The position numbers and the translations under genes were made by a program. From Xanthobacteraceae bacterium (GTDB taxonomy: Bacteria; Pseudomonadota; Alphaproteobacteria; Rhizobiales; Xanthobacteraceae), in the NCBI GenBank assembly GCA_028282095.1, contig JANQIP010000280.1:2962-66961 (forward strand): 64,000 bases of DNA, written 5' to 3'. Under the pieces are notes generated by a model. The model saw only the letters and a program-made list of their open reading frames with translations. It was not told the DNA's origin and did not search any database. Shown here one piece after another: positions 50,895 through 62,279 of the stretch; the first letter of the stretch is position 1; each line of letters begins with the position of its first letter.

Positions 50895-51458
50895 TCAGAT
50901 CGTTTCGCCTCTCCCCTTCGGCCGGCGCAGATGCTCGTCGAGCCGCGGCATGATCTCGACGAAGTTGCACGGCTGATAACGGTAATCGAGTTGATGGACG
51001 AGGATGCTGTCCCAGGCATCCTTGCAGGCATTGGGCGAGCCGGGCAGGCAGAAGACATAGGTCGCGCGCACGACACCCGCGGTCGCCCGCGTCTGGATCG
51101 CCGAGGTGCCGATCTTCTGAAAGCTCACCAACAAGAACAGCGTGGCAAAGCCATCCATCTTTTTCTCGAACAGCGGCTCGACCGCCTCGGGGGTGACGTC
51201 GCGACCGGTGAAACCGGTGCCGCCGGTGGTGATCACGACGTCGATTTCCGCATCAGCAATCCAGGTCTCGACGCGGCTGCGGATGGCGGCGACATCGTCG
51301 GGAACGATCGCGCGGTCGGCGACCGTGTGGCCAGCGGCGACGATGCGCTGGGCGAGTACCGTGCCCGACGTGTCGCCTTCACGCGTGCGCGTGTCCGACA
51401 CGGTGAGCACGGCGATTTTCAACGGAACGAATTGGCGGCTCTCGTCCAGTCCGGTCAT
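50895..51458 (-). CDS. moaB: molybdenum cofactor biosynthesis protein B
   Basis: KIAVLTVSDTRTREGDTSG...DVVITTGGTGFTGRDVTPEA. Confidence 0.85.
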   Translation of the reverse strand: MTGLDESRQFVPLKIAVLTVSDTRTREGDTSGTVLAQRIVAAGHTVADRAIVPDDVAAIRSRVETWIADAEIDVVITTGGTGFTGRDVTPEAVEPLFEKKMDGFATLFLLVSFQKIGTSAIQTRATAGVVRATYVFCLPGSPNACKDAWDSILVHQLDYRYQPCNFVEIMPRLDEHLRRPKGRGETI

Positions 51459-51508
51459 TGTAACGATCCTTCGGGCGGCCCCGCGGGCAAGGGGCAGCGA
51501 ATAGCGTT

Positions 51509-51608
51509 AGAGCGCGATTGCTTCCCCTTGAACCAGTCGCGCTCCCTCTCTCTTTGTTTGTCGCATGATCTTGTCCGAAAAGCCCGCCAGTTTTTCGGGA
51601 TCACGCTC
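51509..51608 (-). repeat. family-A repeat
   Basis: agagcgcgattgcttcc...cgcgctccctctctctttgtttgtcgcatgatcttgtccgaaaagcccgccagtttttcgggatcacgctc. Confidence 0.85.
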
Positions 51609-51755
51609 TAAAGACTGGCAGCGCGCCGACCGCAACGCCATTCTCGGCTCACGTCCGCAAGAACGCGTTCGTTCGCCCGGCAATATGGCCGCGAAGAGAT
51701 TCCGGCGCCAGTAGGTCGTCGCAATTAAGCGCATTTTTACTTTGGAGCGGCATAG

Positions 51756-54189
<2,434 letters not shown>

Positions 54190-54197
54190 ATGCCGCT

Positions 54198-54800
54198 ATG
54201 ACAGAGCCATGCAGGATGGACAAGCCGCGCCGTAGCCGAGCCCGCCCGCTCGCGGATTTCGTCGGAAAGTACCTTTCCGATACGTTCGCGCGGCGCGGCT
54301 TTGCCGCGACCGAGATCGTGACTCATTGGGAGGAGATTGCGGGCGCGGATATCGCCGCCCATTGCGAGCCGATCAAGATCGAGTGGCCGCGCCGGCGCGG
54401 TTCAGCCGATGCCGAACCGGCGACGCTCGTCCTGCGGGTCGAGGGACCGGCGGCGATCGAAGTCCAGCACCAGGCCGCCGTGCTTGCACAGCGTGTCAAT
54501 CGCTTCTTCGGCTGGCCGGCCATCGGCCGCGTCGTGCTGCGGCAAGCGCCGTTGCGGCGGCGGCGATCGCGGACCGTGTCGCCGCAGCTCGACCCGGAAA
54601 GGGTTGCGGCGCAGGCTCAGCACCTCTCCCACATCGCCGATGACGATCTGCGTGGCGCGCTTGCCCGTCTCGGCGCAGCACTGGAGCATGATCCCGAAAA
54701 GTTGACAGACTTTTCGGACAAGATCATGCGACCAAACAAAGATAAGGAGAGCGCGGTTGATTCGAGGGGAAGCAATCGTACTTCAAAGAGCGAAACATGA
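54198..54800 (+). CDS. DUF721-domain protein (DciA-like)
   Basis: PLADFVGKYLSDTFARRGFAATEIVTHWEEIAG...LVLRVEGPAAIEVQHQAAVLAQRVNRFFG. The last ~35 codons are encoded by a family-A repeat. Confidence 0.7.
   Translation: MTEPCRMDKPRRSRARPLADFVGKYLSDTFARRGFAATEIVTHWEEIAGADIAAHCEPIKIEWPRRRGSADAEPATLVLRVEGPAAIEVQHQAAVLAQRVNRFFGWPAIGRVVLRQAPLRRRRSRTVSPQLDPERVAAQAQHLSHIADDDLRGALARLGAALEHDPEKLTDFSDKIMRPNKDKESAVDSRGSNRTSKSET
54684..54786 (+). repeat. family-A repeat (overlaps the 3' end of the DUF721 ORF)
   Basis: gagcatgatcccgaaaagttgacagacttttcggacaagatcatgcgaccaaacaaagataaggagagcgcggttgattc.... Confidence 0.85.
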
Positions 54801-55025
54801 AACGTAGCGACATGAAAACGCTGCTCGCCACGAACGTGCGACAGGCCCACCGCCATTCTCCAGCTACGCTGTTTCCGGCGGATCAGATTGGTCACGAATG
54901 ATGTCGCGACCGACGCTCTTGCTTGGATCGTAGCGCAGGCATGCTTGCGTAGCCTGCGCCGGCTTTCATGCGCGCGATCCGGGAGGGGATGGCTGTCGAG
55001 TAGAGGCGGCTGTCGAGTAGCTCTT

Positions 55026-55103
55026 GATCCGTTCGTCCCCGCGAAAGCGGGGACCCAGGATACTCTGCCAAGATTGGATTCCCGCTTTCGCGGGAATGAC
55101 CGG
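55026..55103 (+). repeat. double-hairpin REP (chromosomal copy)
   Basis: gatccgttcgtccccgcgaaagcggggaccc...ggattcccgctttcgcgggaatgaccgg. Confidence 0.85.
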
Positions 55104-55167
55104 AATCAGCGGACTGAAACAGCCAATCCCCCAACCCGCGCCCCCTTTTTGGGAGAGGTAGTCGGCA

Positions 55168-55761
55168 TTACGGATCGAGCTCGGTATCCCAGTAAAGATA
55201 GTCGAGCCAGCTCTCATGCAGGTAATTGGGCGGGAACATGCGTCCGTTCCGGTGCAGATGATGCACGGACGGCTGGAACGGCGTCAGGCTCGGCCACATG
55301 CCGGATTCAGACGGCGTCTTGTTGCCTTTGCGCAGGTTGCAATTGGCGCAGGCGGTCACGACGTTCGACCACGTGGTTTGGCCGCCGCGCGATCGCGGCA
55401 GCAGATGGTCGAAGGTGAGGTCTTCGTCGGAGCCGCAATATTGGCAGGCGAAGCGGTCGCGCAGGAAGACGTTGAACCGGGTGAAAGCAGGATTGGTCGA
55501 CGGTTTCACAAAGGTCTTCAAGGAGACGACGCTGGGCAGCTTTATCTCGATGCTCGGGCTATGCACCGCTTTGTCGTAATGGGCGATAATGTTCACCCGA
55601 TCGAGAAACACGGCCTTGATCGCGTCTTGCCAGCACCACAGCGAGAGAGGGTAATAGCTCAGCGGACGGAAGTCCGCGTTGAGCACGAGAGCCGGCCATC
55701 CGTTCGGCGATACGTGCGCGTTCAAACCGCTTCCACCTCTGTTGCCGGATTGCTCCGACAA
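55168..55761 (-). CDS. HNH endonuclease
   Basis: CQYCGSDEDLTFDHLLPRSRGGQTTWSNVVTACANCNLRKG. Confidence 0.85.
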   Translation of the reverse strand: MSEQSGNRGGSGLNAHVSPNGWPALVLNADFRPLSYYPLSLWCWQDAIKAVFLDRVNIIAHYDKAVHSPSIEIKLPSVVSLKTFVKPSTNPAFTRFNVFLRDRFACQYCGSDEDLTFDHLLPRSRGGQTTWSNVVTACANCNLRKGNKTPSESGMWPSLTPFQPSVHHLHRNGRMFPPNYLHESWLDYLYWDTELDP

Positions 55762-55850
55762 CGCACAGCATCCAAGTCAACGCCTCCCGTGAGAATATTT
55801 ATAGAGGGGCGTGACAGGATTGTGAAGCGAAGCCGCAACTCGGCGCAAAA

Positions 55851-55890
55851 GCATGATCCCGAAAAGTTGGCGGACCTTTCGGACAAGACC
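55851..55890 (+). repeat. family-A repeat, hairpin-1 only
   Basis: gcatgatcccgaaaagttggcggacctttcggacaagacc. Confidence 0.75.
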
Positions 55891-55942
55891 CTGCAGCCGT
55901 AAAGAGAGTATTCTGCCGCTTGTGTGCCACAATTCGGCCGGC

Positions 55943-56617
55943 TCAACCCGCGCGGAACCGGCGGGCGAGGAACTCGCCGCCGTGTCGCAGCCCTTCCGGA
56001 TCGATGCCGTGGCCAACGCCGTAGGCCATGTGCCACTCGACCGGGATGGCGAGCGCATCGAGCCCGCGAGTCGCAAGAAAAAGCGCCTGGGCTGGGATCA
56101 AATCGTCCTCCGAGCCGTGCAGGAGCAGGACCGGCGGGCGGGCGCGGATATCGTCCTTGACCGTCTCCGGTGCGCCGCCGTCCGGCAGCACGAATATCCC
56201 CGAATAGCCGACGATGGCCCGCGGTGCGACAGCGCGGCGCAAGCCGACATGCAGCGCCATCATGGTGCCCTGGCTGAAGCCGACCAGCGCCATCGCATTC
56301 GCGGGAAGGTTGCGCCGCTTGAGTTCCGAATCGAGAAATCGGTCGAGCACCGGCGCGGCGGAATTGACGCCTTTCCAGCGCTCGTTGGCTTCGCGGAAGG
56401 TGAGCGGAAACCACTCGCGGCCCATTGGCGCCTGGCCGCATGGCCGCGGCGCATGCGGCGAGACGAAGGCGGCGTCCGGCAGCAAATCCTGCCACATCCG
56501 ACCGATCTCGATGAGATCATTGCCATCGGCGCCATAGCCGTGGAGGAAAACCACGAGTTGGCGGGCCGGTCCGCGCGAGCGCGGCTCTAGCCGGGGACCG
56601 TCGATCTCTGCGGCCAC
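55943..56617 (-). CDS. alpha/beta hydrolase (phospholipase/carboxylesterase family)
   Basis: LVVFLHGYGADGNDL...GFSQGTMMAL...LLLHGSEDDLIP...GHGI. Confidence 0.8.
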   Translation of the reverse strand: MAAEIDGPRLEPRSRGPARQLVVFLHGYGADGNDLIEIGRMWQDLLPDAAFVSPHAPRPCGQAPMGREWFPLTFREANERWKGVNSAAPVLDRFLDSELKRRNLPANAMALVGFSQGTMMALHVGLRRAVAPRAIVGYSGIFVLPDGGAPETVKDDIRARPPVLLLHGSEDDLIPAQALFLATRGLDALAIPVEWHMAYGVGHGIDPEGLRHGGEFLARRFRAG

Positions 56618-56632
56618 ATATCCCTCCTATAG

Positions 56633-56729
56633 TGTGATCCGGAAAAGCTGCAGACTTTTCGGGCAAGATCAGGCGACAAGACAAAGACAAGAAGAGCGCG
56701 ATCGATTCAAGGAGAAGCAATCGCGCTTC
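56633..56729 (+). repeat. family-A repeat
   Basis: gtgatccggaaaagctgcagacttttcgggcaagatcaggcgacaagacaaagacaagaagagcgcgatcgattc.... Confidence 0.85.
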
Positions 56730-56763
56730 TTAACACGCGGTTGGCGCCAAAACGGTCGCCGCG

Positions 56764-57543
56764 TCAGCGGCATTCCCGTTTACCGCCTTCACGGTGAGCG
56801 GAAGGGCCAAGCGACATCGTCGCACTTGCTTCAACGCGAGCTGAAGCCGTGGCCGGAGAAGACGAAGCCAGAATCGGATCACGGCGTTTGACCGCGCGAT
56901 AATAGGACCACAAAAGGAAGGCCGCCACTCCGCGCCACGGGCGCCACGGCTCGGCGAGAATACCCGCAGCTTTGACATTCGGCCGCTCGGCGAGCGCGAA
57001 TGCAAGCCGCATTGCCTCCTGCAAAGCAAGGTCGCCGGCCGGCCAGGCATCGGCATGACCGAGGCAGAACAGGAGATAGCTGTCGGCGGTCCAGGGTCCG
57101 ATCCCGTGCACGGCGATGAGGGCGCGGTGGGCGGCATCGGCCTCCATTTCGGGGAGCGCGTCGAGGTCGAGCTTGCCGGTCGCAATAGCGGCCGCGATCG
57201 CCTTCACGGCACGGATTTTCGCATCCGACAGTCCGAGCCGCTTGAGGCGGGCGGTGCGGGCGCGGCGCAGCGCCTCGGGGGCGAACGGATCATAGGCATC
57301 GGCAAGCCGCGACCAGATCGCCCCCGCGCTCGCGGTCGAGAGCTGCTGGCCGACCACGGTCGCGACCAGGCCGGCAAAGCCGGCGGGCCGTCGGCGTAAC
57401 GGCGGCCGTCCGGCGGCCTCAAGCACGTCGGCAAGCCGCGGGTCTGTTTCGATCAGGAACGCGAGACCCCGGTCGAGATCGGCTTCGCTGTCGATACGGT
57501 GCGCCATCGGCCTAAAAAGTGGGTCGGAGGATGTCGGATGCAA
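56764..57543 (-). CDS. alkA: DNA-3-methyladenine glycosylase II-like (HhH-GPD)
   Basis: VVGQQLSTASAGAIWSRL...GLSDAKIRAVKAIA...HGIGPWTADSYLLFCLGHADAWPAGDLAL. The start may be the internal M at 57507. Confidence 0.8.
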   Translation of the reverse strand: MHPTSSDPLFRPMAHRIDSEADLDRGLAFLIETDPRLADVLEAAGRPPLRRRPAGFAGLVATVVGQQLSTASAGAIWSRLADAYDPFAPEALRRARTARLKRLGLSDAKIRAVKAIAAAIATGKLDLDALPEMEADAAHRALIAVHGIGPWTADSYLLFCLGHADAWPAGDLALQEAMRLAFALAERPNVKAAGILAEPWRPWRGVAAFLLWSYYRAVKRRDPILASSSPATASARVEASATMSLGPSAHREGGKRECR

Positions 57544-57640
57544 AGAGATGCGAGGCTGCGTCTGCCCAGCCCAGGCTTCTGCTTCCTCCCGTTTGGACGT
57601 TTACGCGGGAGGGGGCGGGCGGTACTTCGTCCGCCAAGTT

Positions 57641-57717
57641 CGTTCATTCCCGCGAAAGCGGGAATCCAGTTTTCTTGCCAAATTCTGGGTCCCCGCTTGC
57701 GCGGGGACGAACGGATC
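57641..57717 (-). repeat. double-hairpin REP (chromosomal copy, inverted)
   Basis: cgttcattcccgcgaaagcgggaatcc...gggtccccgcttgcgcggggacgaacggatc. Confidence 0.85.
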
Positions 57718-57767
57718 AGCAACTGTCGCGATCCGATGCCCTCCTCAAGGCCGTGTCGCTCGACGGG

Positions 57768-59549
57768 TCAGGCGGCCTCGCCCTCGCGAACGCGCTTAAG
57801 CCGTTGCTCCTGAGAGACATAGGCCTGCGCCGCTGCCGACTGGAACAATTCGCGCGAGCTGACCTCCTCGTCCTCTTCGACCGGGGTGATGGCAAGATCG
57901 CGATATTCGTAGCGCTTGGGATCGTGCTTGATGCTTAGATAGATGCGGCGCAAGCGTAGATAGGTGTAGATCCAGCGGGCGTTCTTGACCAAGGTCTCCC
58001 AAGCGAATTTCGGATAGAACGACCAGACCGGTTCGCGCGGGAATGTCGGGCGGCGGTCGCGGCGGAACTTCATCCGCAAAAAACCGCTTTCGAGCGGATG
58101 CAACTTCTCGATCTCGATCGAGCATTTGAACCAAGTGATGGCGAACAAAGTGGCGCCGAACCCATGCAGCGCCGCCGCGCGGCGCATCACGGTCGTCACG
58201 TGCTCGGTCGAATAGAAGCTCTCCCACGCCTGCTCATAGGCGCGCGTCCATTCCTCGCGCGACATCAGCGGATGACCGGTGGTGATGTGGAACAGGTCGT
58301 ATTTGTTGAGGTCGGGATCCATCCAGACGCCGCCGCGGAACAGTTTTTTGTGATCCTCCGAGCCCGGCAGCGGCGTGAGGTAGAAGAACTCCAGCACGTC
58401 GACCGGCAATTCGCGCTTGATGATCTCGATCTCGCGTGCAACCGACTCAGGTGTGTCGCCGGGAAAGCCGATGATATAGCCGGCATAGGTCAGGATGCTG
58501 GCCTGCTGCCAGGCGAGCAGCATCTGCCGGTATTCGGTGATCTTGTTCTGCTTTTTCTTCGCCGCGGCGAGGTTGTCCGGGTTGATGTTCTCAAGGCCGA
58601 TGAACACCCGCTTCACGCCTGCGCGGCGGCATTTCTCGACGAAACGCGGCGTCCGGTAGCAGAGCGTGTCGACCTGGATGATGAAGCTGAAATCCATCTG
58701 CTCGACTTCGCGCAGATAGATCAGCCGGTCGAGAATGATCTCCCAGTCCTTGTTGCGGGCGAAATTGTCGTCGGTGATGAAGAAGCGCGACAGCCCCTGG
58801 GCGATGTTCTCGCGCACGATCTTTTCGATATCGTCGGGCGAGCGTCGGCGCGAGGTGCGCCCCTGCACATTGATGATGGTGCAGAACGAGCACTGAAAGG
58901 GGCATCCACGCCCGGCATCGAAGCTGGTCACCGCGCCCGCCGTGCGGGTCACGCGCTCACGCCCCAGAAACGGGATGGAAACGCCCTCGATGCCGGGCAG
59001 GTCCTTCATAAAGTTATAGAGCGGCTTCAACTCGCCGATATAGGCGTCGTGCAGCACCTCCTCCAGGCGCCCTTCGGCTTCGCCGGCGAAGATGGAAAGG
59101 CCCATGGCCTGCGCCTCGCGCAGCGCGTCGTCGTCGCCGTCGATCATCGAAATGACGCCCGACATGTGGAAGCCGCCAATGCCGACCTGGATGCCCATTG
59201 CGCGTAGCGGGCGGGCGATATCGAGCGCGCGCGGGGTCTGGTTCGATTGCACGCCAACCAGCATCACCATGCCGGCGTCGGCCGCGCGGATCATCCGCGC
59301 CAGCCGCTCGGGCCGGATGCGCGTGTTACTCTCGTCGAACGCATGAATCTCGATGTCGACATTCGCGCCGAGCACCTGTTCGTCGGCGAGCTCGCGGGCA
59401 AGACCGTAAATACAGGCGAGCGAGTTCGACGGAATCGCCGAGCGGAACCACTGGATCACATAGCCGTCGTCGTCGTAATGGGTCGGCTTGACCAGGACGA
59501 GACAGAATCGCTTGCGCGCGCGGGCATCCGGCTCGGGGGGCATCAACAT
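57768..59549 (-). CDS. B12-binding-domain radical SAM protein
   Basis: 593 aa. N-terminal Rossmann-like B12-binding region. GRGCPFQCSFCT (CxxxCxxC). Confidence 0.75.
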   Translation of the reverse strand: MLMPPEPDARARKRFCLVLVKPTHYDDDGYVIQWFRSAIPSNSLACIYGLARELADEQVLGANVDIEIHAFDESNTRIRPERLARMIRAADAGMVMLVGVQSNQTPRALDIARPLRAMGIQVGIGGFHMSGVISMIDGDDDALREAQAMGLSIFAGEAEGRLEEVLHDAYIGELKPLYNFMKDLPGIEGVSIPFLGRERVTRTAGAVTSFDAGRGCPFQCSFCTIINVQGRTSRRRSPDDIEKIVRENIAQGLSRFFITDDNFARNKDWEIILDRLIYLREVEQMDFSFIIQVDTLCYRTPRFVEKCRRAGVKRVFIGLENINPDNLAAAKKKQNKITEYRQMLLAWQQASILTYAGYIIGFPGDTPESVAREIEIIKRELPVDVLEFFYLTPLPGSEDHKKLFRGGVWMDPDLNKYDLFHITTGHPLMSREEWTRAYEQAWESFYSTEHVTTVMRRAAALHGFGATLFAITWFKCSIEIEKLHPLESGFLRMKFRRDRRPTFPREPVWSFYPKFAWETLVKNARWIYTYLRLRRIYLSIKHDPKRYEYRDLAITPVEEDEEVSSRELFQSAAAQAYVSQEQRLKRVREGEAA

Positions 59550-59636
59550 CGATTTCTCCTCGTTCCCGCCGACCTATAGCATGGTCTCATGCGAACGAAA
59601 GGCGGGGCGCGGCCGTCCGCCGCGTTTCGTGATCGG

Positions 59637-59735
59637 AGCATGATCCCGAAAAGTTGCGGACTTTTCGGACAAGATCATGCGATAAAACAAAGAGAAAGAG
59701 AGCGCGATTGACTTTAACCTGAAGAATCGCGCTCC
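59637..59735 (+). repeat. family-A repeat (abuts family-B copy)
   Basis: gagcatgatcccgaaaagttgcggacttttcggacaagatcatgcgataaaacaaagagaaagagagcgcgattgac...gaatcgcgctc. Confidence 0.9.
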
Positions 59736-59853
59736 AGTGTTCCGACTCTGACGGTCCGATCCCGGACCGTCAGCCCGAAACACTCGCTAATCCGATACTT
59801 TGTGATGCGGCACCAACACGATGAGACGGGCTCAAGCGTTGGTGCCGCATCAC
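59736..59853 (-). repeat. family-B repeat, full, inverted (abuts family-A copy)
   Basis: agtgttccgactctgacggtccgatcccggaccgtcagcccgaaacact...gtgatgcggcaccaacacgatgagacgggctcaagcgttggtgccgcatcac. Confidence 0.9.
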
Positions 59854-59867
59854 TGGCAGGCCCGTTC

Positions 59868-60500
59868 TCAGCGGCGGAGGACGAAGCTCTGTGGGTCTTG
59901 GCGCGTTTCCCAGCCCGCGCGTTCGAGTTCCGGTGTGTCGCTCACGCACAGCGGGTAGCCCAGACAGAAATAGCCGATGAAACGCCAGCTCGGCGGAACA
60001 TCGAGGATGTCGCTGACGCGGGCGGGATCGAGGATCGAGACCCAGCCCAGGCCGATTCCGTCCGCACGCGCCGCAAGCCAGAGCGTGTGGATGGCGGTCA
60101 CAACGGAGTACTCGGCCATTTCCGGCATGGTCCTGCGGCCTAGTCCATGTCCCGTCATGGTCTCGCGGTCGGCGAACACGGCAAGCTGGCAGGGGGCTTC
60201 CTTCAGGCCGTCGAGTTTTAGGGTCGCATAGCGGGCCGCCCGCTCGCCGCTGTAAGAGCGGAGCGCGTCGGCGTTGCAGGCGGCGAAATCCTCGACGATG
60301 CCTTTGCGGCGTGCAGGATCGTCGACGATCACGAACCGCCATGGTTGGCTCAGTCCGACCGAAGGAGCAAGACACGCCACTTCAATCAGCCGTTCGAGCG
60401 TGCCCGCGGGCAAAGGGTCGGTGCGAAAGCGGCGCACGTCGCGCCGCCAGACCAGGAGATCGCGCAGACGCGCGCGGAAGGCGTCGTCGAAACTCGTCAT
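59868..60500 (-). CDS. bluB: 5,6-dimethylbenzimidazole synthase (BluB, nitroreductase fold)
   Basis: Start MTSFDDAFRARLRDLLVWRRDVRRF at 60500. ...APSVGLSQPWRFVIV.... Confidence 0.8.
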   Translation of the reverse strand: MTSFDDAFRARLRDLLVWRRDVRRFRTDPLPAGTLERLIEVACLAPSVGLSQPWRFVIVDDPARRKGIVEDFAACNADALRSYSGERAARYATLKLDGLKEAPCQLAVFADRETMTGHGLGRRTMPEMAEYSVVTAIHTLWLAARADGIGLGWVSILDPARVSDILDVPPSWRFIGYFCLGYPLCVSDTPELERAGWETRQDPQSFVLRR

Positions 60501-60565
60501 TCCGGCTTGGTCAGGTTGCCGTGTGAAGGCCTCGGCACGCGATCGCTCCAGGTGAGTCGATCGTG

Positions 60566-60645
60566 CCCTCTTTGTCTTCTTGCATGATCTTGTCCGAAAA
60601 GTCTGCAACTTTTCCGACTGGATCATGCGACAAAACAAATAGAAG
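60566..60645 (-). repeat. family-A repeat (partial)
   Basis: cctctttgtcttcttgcatgatcttgtccgaaaagtctgcaacttttccgactggatcatgc. Confidence 0.8.
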
Positions 60646-60680
60646 TCAAAAGATTAGCTAGTGTGTGATCGCGCTCGGGT

Positions 60681-61658
60681 CTAATGCAGGCGCGGCGATT
60701 TCACGTAGCTCTGCCGGTCGGTGGAATCGACCCAGATTTCGAACGTTTCGCCATCGCGCAGCACGCTGAGCGGCACATTCACGCCGGCCTCGCCCAGCGA
60801 CCAGATGGCGCGATAAAACTGCGCAAGAGTCGAAACCTTCACGCCGCCGACGGCAAGGACGAAATCGCCTTGACGTAAATCGGCCTGCTGCGCCGGTCCG
60901 TCTTCGGCGAGCCCGACGATAACGACCGTGTCCTCCATTTCGGTGGCATAGAGCCCGAGCCACGGCCGCGCCGGCCGCTTGGGTCGGCCATAAGTCAACA
61001 TATCGTCGAGGACGGAATCCAACAGGTCGATCGGGACGATCATGTTGATATGCTGAGTGACGTCCGGTTCGCGCCGTTGTTCGAGTTGAAGCGAGCCGAT
61101 GCCGAGGAGGTCGCCTTTGGGTCCGATCAGCGCCGCTCCGCCCCAATGCGGATGCGCCGGCGCGGTGAAGATCGCATCGTCAAGCACATACTCCCAATAG
61201 CCGGCGAATTCCTGCCGGGCGACGATGCGTGCGGCGACCGAGCGGTGCGCGCCGCCGGCGCCGCCGACCACGACATACTCGCCGACACCCGCCTCGCCCG
61301 AACGACCGAGCGGAAGCGCCGGCAGATCGAGCGCACCCAGCGCCTGGACGAGGCCGAAGCCGGTGTCCTGGTCATAGGCGAGCGCATGGCCGGGCACTGT
61401 GCGGCCTTCGGCGGTCCGCAGCCACACCGATTCCGCTTCGATGATGAGATAGCCGATGGTCAGGATCAGGCCATTGTCGCGGATAAGGACGCCATTGCCT
61501 GCTCGCTCGGTGCCGAGCACACCGGCGGTAAAGGCGTCGTGCGGCGCTCGCGCCTGCAGCCCTAGAACCGAGGACAGCGCGGCGTCGAGGTCATAGTCAT
61601 AATCGCTCGCCTTCGGCCGGACCGAAGGCGACACCCTCCAATTGCTTGGCGACGGCAT
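60681..61658 (-). CDS. S1C (DegP/HtrA)-fold + PDZ protein apparently lacking the catalytic triad
   Basis: The trypsin-fold pattern is recognisable, but TIGYLI stands where TNxHV is expected, DTGFGLV where D(L/I)A(V/L)L is expected, and HPHWGGAAL where GNSGG(A/P)L is expected. C-terminal PDZ-like segment (GLYATEMEDTVVIVGL...GDFVLAVGG). Confidence 0.65.
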   Translation of the reverse strand: MPSPSNWRVSPSVRPKASDYDYDLDAALSSVLGLQARAPHDAFTAGVLGTERAGNGVLIRDNGLILTIGYLIIEAESVWLRTAEGRTVPGHALAYDQDTGFGLVQALGALDLPALPLGRSGEAGVGEYVVVGGAGGAHRSVAARIVARQEFAGYWEYVLDDAIFTAPAHPHWGGAALIGPKGDLLGIGSLQLEQRREPDVTQHINMIVPIDLLDSVLDDMLTYGRPKRPARPWLGLYATEMEDTVVIVGLAEDGPAQQADLRQGDFVLAVGGVKVSTLAQFYRAIWSLGEAGVNVPLSVLRDGETFEIWVDSTDRQSYVKSPRLH

Positions 61659-61680
61659 CGATCATCTCCGGGTGGAGGGG

Positions 61681-61750
61681 ACGCTCTTAATTCTCTTTGT
61701 TTGGTCGCATGATCTATCCGAAAAGTCTCCAACTTTTCGGGATCATGCTT
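61681..61750 (-). repeat. family-A repeat (partial)
   Basis: ttctctttgtttggtcgcatgatctatccgaaaagtctccaacttttcgggatcatgc. Confidence 0.8.
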
Positions 61751-62095
61751 AGCAGGAGGCACATCCTCAGGCAACCAACCATGCAACGTGCGGCTGATCA
61801 GTTTGGAGGCAAACTATGCCAATGCTGGGGATTCGTTTTCCTCCTGCTGCACGCCATATGCATATTGGCGCTTTGATCAGGTTGCGAAATCTGCTTCCGG
61901 GAAACAAGCAGCAGGTTGGACGCCTGTCAATCGGCTTGCTACTCTAGCGCGTTTGTGCTCGCAGGGGAAAGATGCGGGAGGACACTCCGTCTTCTCCGGC
62001 GCTTGTTCCGGTTGGTGCCGTTCTTGTCGAGGCCGACAGAGCTGCTGCCGATAAGGGCCGCAACCTGAATTCTGCCGGCGTGCCGGAGTTCCTCC

Positions 62096-62135
62096 GAGCA
62101 TGATCTTATCCGAAAAGTTGGCGGACTTTTCAAAT
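62096..62135 (+). repeat. family-A repeat, hairpin-1 only
   Basis: gagcatgatcttatccgaaaagttggcggacttttcaaa. Confidence 0.7.
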
Positions 62136-62279
62136 TGTGTAACGCCATCGCAATCCGCGCCTTTCAGCTTACGCAAGCCTATCATCGGTGCTGCGTGCCG
62201 AGTAGAGATCGGGAAGCGGAAGCAATCTTCAAAAGATGCGTGTGATAGTCGTGGCACAGTTGAATCGTCGGCGGGAAGA

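Noticed and set aside
55722-56495. 257-aa minus-strand ORF overlapping the esterase gene, plus other long ORFs at 55853..56590 (+) and 61877..62341 (-)
   Set aside because: Out-of-frame or antisense shadows of well-supported genes, or of repeat sequence.
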